NCBI GenBank assembly: GCA_002269645.1
Contig: NIVC01000735.1
Location: 62,001 to 126,000, forward strand
DNA length: 64,000 bases
Direction: 5' to 3'
From: Macrostomum lignano
Taxonomy: Eukaryota
Notes under the pieces: generated by a model
Seen by the model: the letters and a program-made list of their open reading frames with translations, nothing else
What the model was told of the DNA's origin: nothing
Databases searched by the model: none
Made by a program: the position numbers and the translations under genes
In this document: one piece after another, positions 11,808 through 23,729 of the stretch
Layout: each line of letters opens with the position of its first letter
How positions within the stretch are numbered: position 1 is the first letter of the stretch

Positions 11808-12293
11808 TTAGTGAAATTATATGATTAGGGTTTAATATTAAAAAATCTATTGTTGAAAACTTTACCCGAATCATAGGAATGAACGTTAAATCAATTTCCT
11901 CGAGGTCATTCAAAACTTGCCGTCATTGTACACAAAATTCAATTTTTGAAAAGAAATACTTTCTAATATTTAGCATTTTTCAACCATTATCTATCATTCT
12001 AAGCTGATGCTAAATTCTGACTAGGCAATGTAAAACACGCTTCTTTATTCTTTGTTAAAAATGCAAAGATGACTTCTAAATGTAGTTGATTTAGTTCCTG
12101 AAACAAAAAAAAATAGACAGTAAATCTAATAAAATGAAAAATAAAGCAATTTATTTTTAGCAACGCTATAAAAGGCACCATTTTTGAGTATTTGTTTTTC
12201 TGAGTTTTTTCTATGTTTTTAATCATAGATCATTAGAATACAGAGAATATATATCGAGCGTTATTCTCTGTTTGAATAAAGATCTATGTGTCG

Positions 12294-12565
12294 GACACTG
12301 AGCCTTTTCATATTACCAATTCCAGAACCAGAATCGGTTCGGAATTCCAAGAAAAACAGCAGTATAACTATTAAACTCTGTTAATATTTGACTGCCTTAA
12401 CAACCTAACTTAGCACAATTTTTCACTTTCTTCTTGGCCATTGTCATTCAATAATAAAAACTATATAGTACGTATCTCTGTCTAGTTATGGAGACAAAAA
12501 GTTATACTTCACAAATTGGTTCTGGTTCTGGAACCAGAACAAGCAATATGAAAAGGCCCACTGTC
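12294..12565. mobile_element. MITE-like element with about 50-bp imperfect TIRs
   Basis: gacactgagccttttcatatt...ccagaaccagaa on the left matches the reverse complement of ttctggttctgg...aatatgaaaaggcccactgtc on the right. Confidence 0.7.
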
Positions 12566-12958
12566 GATCGATCGTCGAGTCAGTTAACTTTATTCTATTA
12601 TCTATTCATACATTAATAACCAAAGTTCTATGTGTCTTCTGATTCTAAAATAGATAAAATCTAGATCATATCAAAAAATTTTATGGCAATTTTTATTTGT
12701 GCGTTTTAAATAATTGCAAGGCAGAGAATATCGAGCGCTATACATAGAATGCCAACCGCTAAAGGAATGCATAAGGCAAAAGTAAAGCCAATTTCACCAC
12801 AAAGCCGGTCATTTCTCTTTTGGCCTTAGACAAATTAGGCCAAATTATTTTCGTTAATTATATAGGCCAAATAATTTCATTAAGTTCATTATTTTTGCTA
12901 ATGCGACTTGTTAATAGCAAATACATATGTAACAATTCTCTTAATAATCTATTTTGAG

Positions 12959-13118
12959 CAGTGGCACAAAAACAAAAAGGCGGGGGACCGAAAAAAAATC
13001 AAAGGGGGGACCAAGCGAATTTTCGCCAAAAACAGCCACCCCTCCACCGCCCCCCCCCCTCCTGGGACTTTACCCTCAGAATCCGCCCCCCCTTGAAAAA
13101 TTTCTGGTTGCGCTACTG
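12959..13118. mobile_element. 160-bp non-autonomous hAT-type element (MITE)
   Basis: Ends cagtggcaca... and ...tgcgctactg are imperfect TIRs. Perfect 8-bp TSD attttgag at 12951-12958 and 13119-13126; 8-bp TSDs are typical of hAT. Confidence 0.85.
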
Positions 13119-13249
13119 ATTTTGAGCTTAGTAATATGGCACTGCTTCCAGCAATTATTCATTAGATTACCATTTCTGGCCCAAAGGCAAATGCCCAGAT
13201 AAAAATATTGCACGCAAAAATCAGCTTCACTTTCTTATTGCTTGTTGGC

Positions 13250-13965
13250 ATTCTATGTATAGCACTTGATAGGCCTATTCTCTGTCGCAAGGTGACCTTC
13301 CATCACTTCTTGACTTAGCTGCAGGGGGTTCCGTGTGTCCAGAGACAGCAAGGTGGCGTTGCCACATACTTTGCTAGCCTCTGGCAACCATGGGCAGCTA
13401 GTGCTGCAGTGTCACGCAAGGAGTTCTAGTGGTACCAGTGTCCACAGTGTGGTTCCCCTCTGGAGAATCCAGGAGGTAGATTGTTGCTTGCCTGGTAGCC
13501 CTTAGGTAATGGATAAACTGGCAGAGATTCTTGGGCCTGAAAATGTTGGAGAGGTCTAGGTTTAGGCTAAAGTAGGTGAGCTTGTCATGAGTAAAGAGGG
13601 GGTATTCACAGATGAAGTGCTCCACATTCTCAACACCAGAGTGACAAAAGGGCATTCCTCACTGTGGATTTTCCCCTAGAGGTGACGATGCCTCGCAAAG
13701 CAGCCATGACCCAAGAGGGCCATGGTCATTATCTTGATGTCCTTGCAATTGAGTCTAAGCAGGGCCCTGCGCAAGGCAGAGAAAGGACAGGGGATAGCTG
13801 CACAGGATTGCTGGCAGTTGTGGGTATTAGCCCATCTCTCTTTGTGCTTAGAAGTCACCCACTGCTACTGGTTGATACAAGTGGTGACAACGGCGATAGG
13901 GATAAAGGCCATAGGCAGGGGACCTTCCATCACACATTAACCATAATGATTGAAGGCGAATGACA
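13250..13965 (-). mobile_element. 5'-truncated LINE 3' end (I/LOA/R1-like ORF2 C-terminus with CCHC zinc knuckle)
   Basis: Reads ...[54 protein letters not shown]...FIHYLRATR; internal TAG stops. Confidence 0.8.
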
Positions 13966-14559
13966 TTCCATAACTTATAGGCAATAATGCTATTGTAATG
14001 ATGTTTATCATACAATGCAATCAGTGAGAAACTTTTAATAACCTTTTCTCTACTAATTTTTCTATATTACTAGTTGATTTTATATAGTCAATTCTTTATT
14101 AACTTTTTATTTAACCAATTTCTATGCCCAATGGCAATATGTTTTTAGCTTTTTAAATTCATTTTATCTATTTTTCAAATTGTTGTATTGATAAAAATAA
14201 ATCACAAACAACAAGAGTCATCAAAACATTTGTAACAGTACTTGGAAGTCAGTTAAGATTGTATACCAGTATACACTGGAATAAAAAATTGCTTCCCTAA
14301 CTTATGTATACCAATGGACTTTTTATTGTATATAAAAAAATGGCAAAAAAAGTTTACATATTATGACCAATATTTAATGCTTTTAAATTTTTTAAGGTTA
14401 GATTTTTAAAGATTAAAAGATAACAAGTAAAAAAGATTTTTTTTATTGAATTGTTAAAAAAACTAGGCCTAGTTTCTTTTAACTATTTTTTATTTAATTT
14501 TAATTTCTTAAAAAGTAAGTAATAGTTTTTTTTAAATTAGTTTTCCATTTTTAGAAGAA

Positions 14560-15560
14560 CCAGTAAGCTCTAACTCTAACTATCAATGTTGGGTACTAGC
14601 CATAGTTTGGATTGTATATTAGTGTATATTAGATTTAATGCTAGAAAAATGATGAGACCTCATTTATATGTTGGGTTTGTATGCCAATACCAAAAAATTG
14701 TCATTTGACTCAATGTATCGACTGTCATGTACGCTAGGATATATCCTGATGTATGTTAAAAAATAGTAAGACCCATGTTGTATGCTAAGAAATCTCAGCA
14801 TATATGTCACCTTCTGAACTTTGGGGTACCAATCTTTTAATAAATGTTAATTAGTTAATTGGCATTAATAACAGTGTTTTGCTGTAGCTACAGCTATAGC
14901 TATGGGATCTTATGGCAAATATTGTAAAATAGGTGCTTATAACAACTATGGATATGCCTACAATAGAGAGCTGCTCTTACAGCTAAGACTATAGAACTAT
15001 AGTAGTTGCTGTCATATTCTATAGATTCCTATAGCCATAGTTATAAATTAAAAAAAAATTGAAACAGGTAGAGTAAAACAAAAATACCTTTGTAAACTGC
15101 ATCATAGATTTAAAAACAAAAAATTATACCTAATAAATAATCAATTTGGTCCAAATGCTTGTGAGCCAATGGCAAACTCTTGCCTTCTCACAACCACCTA
15201 AGGGTTGTTGCGCACCGCTGGAATGTCAGCGTCTATACTGGTAATTTTCAGTTGCTTTTCCAGAGCTCTTCTCAAATCTGATAACCAACTGGAACTGTTC
15301 CTTCAATTGCTGTTGCTTTTTCTGCAATGTCAACAAAGGGTTCGTCTCAATTGCATTAAGTAGCAGTTGGACCTGTGTAACAACTTGCCTTGGTGATTGC
15401 CACCTTTCACAGGCAACCTATGCCAGAAGTGGTTTCAACATGCTAATGGATGCTGTAAACCATCTTTCTTCTATATTCAGCAACCTTGCAATATCCTTTG
15501 GGTGTTCACCTCTGTTGAGTGCTTTGATCACAAGCCAGTGGCATACATTTGACAACATAG
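14560..15560 (-). mobile_element. Decayed Tc1/IS630-like DNA transposase (N-terminal HTH region recognisable)
   Basis: MLSNVCHWLVIKALNRGEHPKDIARLLNI, then after frameshifts VYSI..., LLNAIETNPLLTLQKKQQQLKEQF and PAVRNNP*VVVRRQEFA; many stops. Catalytic DDE residues not confidently recovered. Confidence 0.6.
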
Positions 15561-15699
15561 CATGGTTAACATAACAAAGTTGATTTGCTAAAACAGTTGG
15601 AATTTTGTAAAAAATTCAAGTTTATCTTTTTAATCTTAGAACATTTAATTATTTCAAAAAGTATAGAAGCACTTAGATTTAGCTAATGCCTGTTTTTTA

Positions 15700-16170
15700 A
15701 TGCACACAAATTTGCCAACAGAGATTTAATATAGACAAATTGGCAAAAGCAAATTTGGCAACAAATCTTTTATATTATAATTCCATATACTAAAAATGAG
15801 TTATAGTTAAAGTTAAAGAAAATTACATATAATAAGGTTTTTTAAAATGCTTGTGAAAGTTCCATTTTTCTGAAATTTGGCTATGCATTTCTGTCTGCTT
15901 CCTTAAAGCCATTGGCATTGTAAAGTGCTTTCACCCAGATGCAATGACAAGTCAAAATGCATATTATCTTATCTGATTGTCAATTTGAAAAAAAAACTAA
16001 AGAGGAAAAGCTAATATGCAATGACTAATACCATTGTCCAAAAAAATAATAAGATTATACTCAATTATTCTTCCTTAATTTTTGTCACCAAATTCAACTA
16101 GATTGTTGCCAAATTTGTCCATAGTGAATTTCTGTTACCAAATTGCTACATTTGTTTGTGGCCAAATTGG
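15700..16170. mobile_element. Foldback/MITE-like element with degenerate inverted repeats (caaatttggcaac modules)
   Basis: About 15700-15770 matches the reverse complement of about 16095-16165. Confidence 0.55.
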
Positions 16171-16599
16171 TCAGCACCCATTTTTAGCCCCTCCAAATAG
16201 AATTCTTTAATCTACCTATATTAATTTTTACATGTATTTCTTATATGGATTTTCTATTCTTATGTCCTAACCTTTGCCATATTTAGGAAGGAAAGAAGGA
16301 AGTTAGTAATTTCAATTTGAACCATTTAGGTTTGAAGTATTTTTTGGCTTTTAATCCCTAAAAACTATACATTAGTAATTTTGAGTTATAACTAAAATTT
16401 TATTTTTGTTTACAATCAAAATAAATTGTAATATTAAAAAATGATATACTTTAAGAGATGGATTTTTTAAGAAACATACTTGCAAAGTAAAATGACATTT
16501 TTAGCGTTTAGGAGGAATTTTAGCATCTAGTACTGCAAGACACCCCATATGCAACATTGCCCTTGGGAGCAGCAGCAGCCAATTGGGAATTATTGTTTA

Positions 16600-16990
16600 G
16601 CAGATTACATAGAGCACCACCTGGCAAGTGATCAACGACCTCATGGTGGAAGAGAACCAGCATGTGCACTGCAGCAACCTATACAAATGGTAGGGCAGGT
16701 GGGTAGTGAGTGGGTCACAGTTTTCAATTTCATTCAATCGCACATAGTTGGTTGTACTATTCTTGTAGTTCCCCTACCTGTAGAGCCTAGCCAAAAAAGT
16801 CATTAACAAGTCCAGCTCTGAGACATCAGAGATGAGGGCTGCCCATATGGCCTTGGCATCCTTTAGTGCTAGTATGGCATTAGAAAGGTTGGGGAAAGAC
16901 CCACTGATAACAAAGTTGATGCCTCAGACACATTTACTGCTGAGATACTTTGCACCACTTTGATGACTGATGCCAATGGCATTATAAGTT
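16600..16990 (+). pseudogene. Possible decayed coding fragments of unknown origin
   Basis: STTWQVINDLMVEENQHVHCSNLYKW followed by gtagg, and DIRDEGCPYGLGIL*C*YGIRKVGERPTDNKVDASDTFTAEILCTTL; TAG stops, CpG-poor. No family recognised. Confidence 0.3.
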
Positions 16991-17341
16991 TATGGTTTGC
17001 ATTCAAAATTTGAGACCCAGATACTAAACAAAGGAATTAATTAAAATTTTAGATTTAAGATTTTAGATTTTTAGATTTTAGATTCTAAAAAATAGATTTT
17101 ATTCCTTATTATTGGAATAAGTAACCAGATTTTTCACAAATTCCAACTATACAAAAATTTGTAAAATCAATTTTGATAATAGCCTGCTTTCCTACTCAAG
17201 GGTGAGAGTATGCTTTAAAGTTCTTTAGAACTCAGGATGCCATAGTGGAATGTGAAATGTCTTAAATTTAAATAACTTTACAATACTATGATTGACATAT
17301 CACATCATTCCTCTACTTGCAGTTCAAACCCAATAGCAATC

Positions 17342-20300
17342 ATGGATGTTGATGTAGAATCGCTGGACTTTATGGAGTCAGATGTGGCTGAAGAAGTTGT
17401 TGTTGGCAATGCTGCCGAGTCCTCCGCCTTTGCTTCTGCGCAGCTTCGAGAAAGCTCTGGCGGCCAGCTCAAGCGGGAGCCCACAACTACTAGGGTTGAA
17501 GAGTCGCCCGGCGGCGAAGCCAGACAGCCAACTGTCATTCAGGTATGTGAGAAGCAGGGCTTTAATGGGTATGTCACTGACTGGTGTCGATAAGGTATGC
17601 CGCTAACTGGTGTCGATAGGTATGTCGCTATCTGTTGTCAATAGGTATGTTGCTAAGTGGTGTCGATAAGGTATGTCGGTAAGTGGTGTCGATAGGTATT
17701 TCGGTAAATGGTGTCGATAAGGTATGCCGCTAACTGGTGTTGATAGGTCTGTCGCTATCTGTTGTCGATAGGTATGTCGCTATCTGTTGTCAATAGGTAT
17801 GTTGCTAAGTGGTGTCGATAAGGTATGTCGGTAAGTGGTGTCGATAGGTATGTCGGTAAGTGGTGTCGATAGGTATTTCGGTAAGTGGTGTCGATAGGTA
17901 TGTCGCTAACTGGTGTCGATAAGATATGTCACTAACTGATGTCGATAGGTATGTTGCTAAGTGGTGTCGATCGTTGCCAAGTGTCCTCAATTTGACCTTT
18001 CTCTGACCCCGCCAACTGCCCTACCTGCTAGGTTCATCCATCGGCGGCCGCGTCGCAGCCCCGCGTTATCCGCATTCAGACAACGGCCGGATCGGCCGGG
18101 CACTCGGTCGCCATGGCGGCTCCAACCGTCAGCAGTGCCGGCGCTGGCGGCGTCGGAGACGGCAGCGGCAAGCCGGTGCGGGTGATTCGCCTGCCGGTGC
18201 AGAAGCTGGCAGCGGGGAGCCAGCAGTCCGGCACAGGCAGTATCAAGATCATCACGCTGCCGCCGCGGTCTCAGCAGCAGCAGCAGCAGCAGATTGTCCG
18301 GCAGGTCGGCCCGGGGGGAATGCAGCAGCAGGGCGGCCAGACTCTGCGCGTCATCACCGCTGCCGGGGCGCAGCGGATCATTCAGGTTGGACTGAATTCA
18401 CTTTTAGCTGAGTAACTTTTACATAATAATTCATTTCGTTCGAAAAATATAAAAAATATAAATAGACTTTCGACTTATAATTTTCGCGCCACTCTTTATA
18501 CTTTCTACTTATCAGTAGGCGCAAGCTGACAGTAGTGTAAAACTGCAAATCTTGTAAAATCACCGGCACTATCGTTGTCTTATCAATTCTAACAAATATC
18601 ATGTATTACAGGTCTAATTTTTACTGTTATTGTCAACGGTCTGTCAATATCTCCTGATTGATTTGACTTTGCATTGCAGGTGCGCAGCCTCCCGATGCAG
18701 CAACAGCAGCAGCAACAGCGGAAGCTCGGCAGTGGCGCCGTCCAGGCGCGCGGCTTCCTGCCCGACCCCAAGCTGAAGGCCGTCACGCCGACCTCCGTGC
18801 GCGGCGGCGCCGGCTTCGGCCTGGGCTTCGCGCCGCGCGCCCGCGGCTCCGCCGGCCCGGCTGGCGCCGAGGACTGGATGGACGACGACGACTACGCGGG
18901 CTCGGGGGCCCGCGGCGGCTCCGGCCTGCGCAAGTACGCCGGCGCAGTGGTTGAGAAGCTGCAGAACAAGACCATCACCTCCTACTATGAGGTGGCCGAC
19001 GAGCTCGTGCACGAATTCGCGGCTGAGCACCCGCTGATGCCGCAGGACCAGCTCATCTACCATCAGAAGAACATCCGCCGCAGGGCCTACGACACTCTGA
19101 ACGTCCTGCTGGCCATGGGCGTCATTCGCCGGGACAACAAGGAGATCACCTGGGTCGGCATGCCGCTCAACGCCATCGTGCAGTGCCGCAAGCTGCAGGA
19201 GGAGCGGGAGGAGCGGCTCAAGCGGATTCGGGAGAAGGCCAACGAGATCTCCGAGAAGGTTGGTTGGCCTGACATCTGCTGGGTGCTGACTGGGTGCCTT
19301 CCCTTGTGTTTAATCCCTCCGCGTGACCTCAGCCTGATTGTTGGTGGGATCTGTGCTCCCACTGCATCCTGACTGTTGGTGGATCTGTGCTCCCACTGCA
19401 GCCGGACTTTTGATCCCACCATGGGATCTGTGCTCCCACTGCATCCTGACTGTTGGTGGGATCTCTGCCCCCACTGCATCCTGACTGTTGATCCCACCAT
19501 GGGATCTGTGCTCCCACTGCATCCTGACTGTTGGTGGGATATGTGCTCCCACTGCATCCTGACTGTTGATCCCACCATGGGATCTGTGCTCCCACTGCAT
19601 CCTGACTGTTGGTGGGATCTGTGCCCCCACTGCAGCCTGACTTTTGATCCCACCATGGGATCTGTGCCCCCACTGCAGCCTGACTGTTGATCCCACCATG
19701 GGATCTGTGCCCCCACTGCAGCCTGACTGTTGATCCCACCATGGGATCTGTGCCCCCACTGCAGCCAGACTGTTGATCGCACCATGGGATCTGTGCCCCC
19801 ACTGCAGCCAGACTGTTGATCCCACCATGGGATCTGTGCCCCCACTGCAGCCTGACTGTTGATCCCTTCATGGGATCTGTGCTCCCACTGCAGCCTGACT
19901 GTTGATCCCACCATGGGATCTGTGCTCCCACTGCAGCCTGACTGTTGATCCCACCATGGGATCTGTGCCCCCACTGCAGCCTGACTGTTGATCCCTCCTG
20001 TCTCCCTCAGGTGTGCCAGCTCATCGCCTTCAAGCAGCTGGTCAAGCGGAACCGGGAGAATGAGCAGATGTACGGCCAGGCGCCCAAGGCCTCACTGCTG
20101 CACCTGCCGTTCCTGGTGATCTCCTGCCCGCCCAACACTGTCACCGACTGCAACATCACCAAGGACAAGCTGGAGTACCTGTTCACCTTCGACCACACCT
20201 TCGAGATCTCGGACGACACGGCCGTGCTGCGCTCGCTGGGCTACCAGCTGGCCACCAACAACGAGCCGGTCGACGACATCATCGAGTCCGTGCCGCCCTC

Positions 20301-20571
20301 GCTGCGATTCTTCGTCAACGCGCTGTACGAGCGGCGCGAGGCCGTCGTCCCCGACTTCGAGTCGGTGCACGCCCAGCGCAAGCTGGAGGCCGCCGCTGCC
20401 GGGGCCGCCGCAGCCGCTGGCGCCGGCATGCCGCAGATCATCCAGGCCATCCCGTCCGCCGTGGTGGGCGGCATCGGCCACCACCACCCGCACAGCCAGA
20501 TGGTGCCGCTGTCCGACTCGGAGATCGAGGAGGAGGAGGGCTCCGACATCGAGGTTGAGGTTGGCGCCTGA
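17342..20571 (+). CDS. TFDP: Divergent transcription factor DP (E2F dimerisation partner) with a long Q/G-rich N-terminus
   Basis: Exons 17342-17542, 18032-18385, 18680-19258 and 20011-20571, all phase 0. Winged-helix GLRKYA...TSYYEVADELV...QKNIRRRAYDTLNVLLAMGVI; DP domain QLIAFKQLVKRN...LHLPFLVI...YLFTFDHTFEISDDTAVL; acidic tail. Confidence 0.92.
17580..17972. repeat. About 25-bp minisatellite (ggtgtcgataggtatgtcgctaact) in DP intron 1
   Basis: Visible tandem units. Confidence 0.92.
19322..19995. repeat. About 43-bp minisatellite (cctgactgttgatcccaccatgggatctgtgcccccactgcag) in DP intron 3
   Basis: Visible tandem units with an internal palindrome gatccca-cca-tgggatc. Confidence 0.93.
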
Positions 20572-21383
20572 AGCTTCCTTAGCCGCTACCACGGTGCTCT
20601 CGGCGTCCTCGCCTCGTGTCTCTCATTATCTGCATCAGCTCCGCCGACCTGTTCTGTCGTGTAATCCCATTGGCTACTTAAAAACTCCTTTATTTCTATG
20701 CGGCATTTTTTCAACGCAATGTCTGCCTGGGTGTCACTCATTGATTCAGGCAGAATGGGCAGCTCCCTGTACTATACTAATGTACTATAATTATAATGCT
20801 ATTTATATCCGCATTTCAGTGTTGTGCTTAGCGGTTACCGACTGCCTTGACTCGTTATCAGTTTGCTTGGCCTGTCTGACTGCATATTGCGACAAACTTC
20901 AATAATTAAGCTAATCAATTTGTATCATCCCCCGAAATTAACTTGTTTGACTCTTCCTCCTCTCATCTTTTTTGCGTCACTCTTTTCTAGTAAACTCTGT
21001 TATTTTAGCCGGTGTAATTCTCTGCCCTAGCTACTGTTAGTAGGCACTCGATAGGCTTTTTTTATGCAACTATGCGATGCTAAATAAATGTAAATATACC
21101 TGTCTGTGCGCTGTTTGCTAAGTGCAGAGCGCTTCCGTTTAGGGAAAATAAACTCTTTGTTTTGGTCTTTGTTGGTGACTTTCATTAAGCCAAGGTGACT
21201 TGCGCGGATAGTCAGGTGCTCAGCTCCTGTTTGTGAAATTTTAGATTCTTGTCTCAACAGAAGAAACTGTCAACCACTCCTTCAATTGTCCGTAGCCTGC
21301 TTTAATCCTGTCTTAATCCGCGCCTAAAAGTGCAAACCAGTATCCACACGCAAGTACGCATCTTAAGCTTGCTCAATCTTCAG

Positions 21384-23412
21384 CACGGGTCAGCTGACTC
21401 CTTCGTCCAGGTCGGCGAGCTGGCTTTCGGCTCCGGAGTCGCCGTCGGCAGCCGCGGTCGCGCCGTTGCGACTTTCGAGCTGCCCGCAGGCGACGCTGGC
21501 CAGCGGCGCGCCAGGCGTCGGGCGGCGCAGTTCGCCAGGCGGGAGACGGTGCGGTTCGCGCTGTGCCGGGTCGGGCCGGAGCTGGTAAGGCGGCGGGCGG
21601 GTCGCTACGGCCCCTGAGTTCGATTCCGTGCGGGGCCAAAATTTGGGTAGTCGTGCGTTCGCTCTCATGAGACTCTCGCGGATAGTGTTGAAAGCGTTAG
21701 CATTAGGACTCAGTACTCTTATTGACTCGAGCCATACTGAATGTGAGCTGCCATGTCTTATCTCTCCGAATATCGCTTACGGATATGTTGTTAAACCTTC
21801 AGTGCAGAATTAGCAATCTAGTGCCCCCTTCGTGAATCATATTTGCCTTGACATCTCAGCGCAATTCCCCCAGTGAGCCTTGACGTCTCAGCAATTCCCC
21901 CAGTGAGCCTTGACGTCTCAGCAATTCCCCCAGTGAGCCTTGACGTCTCAGCCCTGTAACGCCACCAGAATCGCTCTGTAGCGCATCTCCGCGCCCAAAC
22001 CGCAGAGCCAGCCGAGGCTGAACCACGCCTACGCCGTGGTGCTGCTCAGCCGGGTGTACATCGGTAACTTGGCTGCCCGCGTCACCGACGCGCAGCTCAC
22101 CGACCTGCTGTCCGAGTTCGGACCGGTGACCCTCCTGGCCCATCGGCATCGGCCCGGCGGCATCAACAGGGGCTTCGCTTTTGCCAATTTCCTGCTGCCC
22201 GAGGCCGCCCTGTTGGCCATTGAGAGCCTCAACACAGTGTCGCTGCGTGAGTGTCTTGGGTTGACTTGAATGGTCACTCTGGTGCCTCACTCGCTGAGCT
22301 CATCAGCTGTCACTCTGGTGCCTCACTCGCTCAGCTCATCAGCTGTCACTCTGGTGCCTCACTCGCTCAGCTCATCAGCTGTCACTCTGGTGCCTCACTC
22401 GCTCAGCTCATCAGCTGTCACTCTGGTGCCTCACTCGCTCAGCTCATCAGCTGTCACTCTGATTCTTCACTCTCTCAGCTCATCAGCTGTCACTCTGGTG
22501 CCTCACTCGCTCAGCTCATCAGCTCTCACTCTGGTGCCTCACTCGCTCAGCTCATCAGCTCTCACTCTAGTGCCTCACTCTCTCAGCTCATCAGCTGTCA
22601 CTCTGATTCTTCACTCTCTCAGCTCATCAGCTGTCACTCTGATTCTTCACTCGCTCAGCTCATCAGCTGTCACTCTGATTCTTCACTCGCTCAGCTCATC
22701 AGCTGTCACTCTGATTCTTCACTCGCTCAGCTCATCAGCTGTCAATCTGATTCTTCACTCGCTCAGCTCATCAGCTGTCACTCTGATGCCTCACTCGCTC
22801 AGCTCATCAGCTGTCACTCTGATGATTCACTCGCTCAGCTCATCAGCTGTCACTCTGGTGCCTCACTCGCTCAGTCGGGAAGCGCCTGTGCGTCAGCCGG
22901 CCGGCCAACCAGCCCGGCGCGGACCCGCTGCTGCGAGAGCTGGTCCGCGAGTGCCCGGACTGTCGGCGCCGGCTCTACCTGGCCAACGCGCCTTCAGAGG
23001 CCACCGAGGCGGAGCTGCGCCAGTCGACCTCTGGCTGGTGCGGCCAGCCCAGGGCAAGCCGGCGTTTGGCTTCGTGACCTTTGCCAAGCCTGCCGACGCC
23101 GACGCCGCTCTGCAGGCCGCCGAAGACGCGGCCCTCGGCACCGTGAAAGCCCAGGAGGCTTCAACGTTGCAGCACCTGCGCCTCGGCCGGGTCGTCGTAC
23201 CACCCGACGTCGCCTGCGGCCTCCTGCTGCCGCGCTTTGGCGCCAGCGAATGTGAGGGCGAGGGCGACGATGTTGAGCAAGAAGACGCCGGCGCCTCCGA
23301 TTCGGCATCGGTTCCATTGGCTTGTTCTTCCGGTGCCACTTCCCCGGCCCCCTCAGGGCTCTCGTACTCCACCGTCAGCGAAGTCGGCAACAGCGAGGGC
23401 GCGGAGGCCTAG
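21384..23412 (+). pseudogene. Divergent PUF60/half-pint-like tandem-RRM gene; frameshifted in RRM2, no UHM domain, no start codon found
   Basis: Exons 21384-21584, 21982-22246 and 22875-23412. SRVYIGNL...RGFAFANF..PEAALLAIESLNTVSLLGKRLCVSRPAN...RRLYLAN and QHLRLGRVVVPP parallel PUF60 RVYVG...PEAAQLALEQMN...GRNIKVGRPSN and QYLRVGKAVTPP. Frame break at about 23021-23023. Confidence 0.75.
22271..22874. repeat. 36-bp minisatellite (cactctggtgcctcactcgctcagctcatcagctgt) filling the RRM1-RRM2 intron
   Basis: About 17 visible units; the last unit supplies the acceptor AG. Confidence 0.95.
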
Positions 23413-23729
23413 GAGCGGGTCCGGGGCGCCGGGCGTGGGGCTTCTTTAAGCCGTTTAAAAAATTGTGTACTTTGGCTTAGATTCGAGCGGATTCTTTTCA
23501 ATACGGCTCTTTCACTGTTTTATCCGTTACATGTCTGCTTTTGCTCTGCCTGCTCAGCTCTGCCCAATGCTTTGTGCATTATTGCCAGCTGAGCTGAGGT
23601 CTCTTGCTCTCTGTTTGTTCTCCTGCGTTTTCAATGCGCGATAGGCAGGTTTTTCTCTGCCTCATCTGTGCCTCCCTGTCTCTCACCTGTGTCTCTTGAC
23701 CTGAGTTAGTTAGGGCTCCCTAACCTTGC

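Noticed and set aside
19322-19995. CRISPR-like array (palindromic 43-bp repeats)
   Set aside because: No unique spacers and no cas genes; it lies in a spliceosomal intron. The same applies to the other arrays.
21390-21668. Separate - strand terminal exon
   Set aside because: The + strand frame matches the PUF60 N-terminal helix and has a phase-compatible GTAAG donor; the - ORF is probably its GC-rich shadow.
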